Source: the human T2T-CHM13v2.0 reference genome, Homo sapiens. From it: a stretch of DNA of 64,000 nt. The position numbers and the translations under genes are program-made. Where the stretch lies: positions 3,488,001 through 3,552,000 of the forward strand of contig CP086569.2 of the NCBI GenBank assembly GCA_009914755.4, read 5' to 3'. The notes below the pieces were generated by a model. That model was not told the DNA's origin. It made no database searches and worked only from the letters and a program-made list of their open reading frames with translations. This document shows positions 63,501 to 64,000 of this stretch, one piece after another. Each line of letters begins with the position of its first letter. Positions within the stretch are counted from its first letter, which is position 1.

Positions 63501-64000
63501 CAATTAGCTATATAAAACGTAAGCATTGTTAAAACCATTTAAGCTAAGGAATTCAGGGACTTCTTTTGTGCTGCAATGCTTTTTGTGCTTTTTTGATAAT
63601 TTGTCCTATGGCGGCTGATCAATTAATTATATATATATATATCTGCATATATTGCATAACTAGGAGAATTATACCCACAAGGCTTTGTCACGAGGTATCT
63701 TTATTTCCTCTCAGTAATAATTTTCTTTTAATTCTATAGGGAACAGAAAATTTTTTATGAATGGATTGGATGGAATGGTGCCACGTATGTAATAACCCAG
63801 GTGGCCATGTCCCTTATTTTACCAGTTGTTTAGCACCTCCTTTATTTGGACGGTCTAATCTAATTATAAACCTCAAAACTGGCCATTAGAATCTCATATA
63901 CCCACCTCTTCACTGGGCCAAAATGGTGGGTGCTAGTATAGTTTCAGCAGCAGGGCATTTGCAGTGATAAACAGATCAGGCCCAGTGGGATTCCAAATGT

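Overview
This window is primate, almost certainly human, nuclear DNA from an AT-rich, gene-poor intergenic region. It is not prokaryotic: it carries seven Alu copies or fragments, about three of them with intact target-site duplications, and no CpG island. It has no ORF longer than 275 aa, and every long ORF sits inside a transposable element. I found no convincing cellular protein-coding exon, tRNA, rRNA or CRISPR array.

The content is dominated by interspersed repeats in three blocks:
- **Nested transposon pile-up, about 975-17392.** An old L1 (L1M/L1PB-like, plus strand) is split into four pieces by three later insertions. Two are complete THE1-type MaLR elements in minus orientation, each with the LTR-internal-LTR structure and a 5-bp target duplication. 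The third is a full-length 6.4-kb L1P with a 1.44-kb 5'UTR, a polyA tail and a target duplication.
- **A roughly 9.9-kb class I (gammaretrovirus-like) endogenous retrovirus provirus, 39420-49320, minus strand.** The two LTR copies share about 390 bp. Decayed gag capsid, protease, reverse transcriptase (YVEDLL in place of YVDDLL), RNase H and integrase are all readable from the six-frame translation.
- **Scattered smaller repeats.** These include a solo THE1 LTR, two MLT1-type LTRs, a MER4-like solo LTR, a 5'-truncated L1 tail, a possible MIR fragment and several microsatellites.

I see no novel biological system here. The most interesting material is the structure of the nested insertions, the relatively complete ERV, and a few junction oddities listed under findings. 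All family assignments rest on sequence motifs I recognise by eye and need RepeatMasker/Dfam confirmation.
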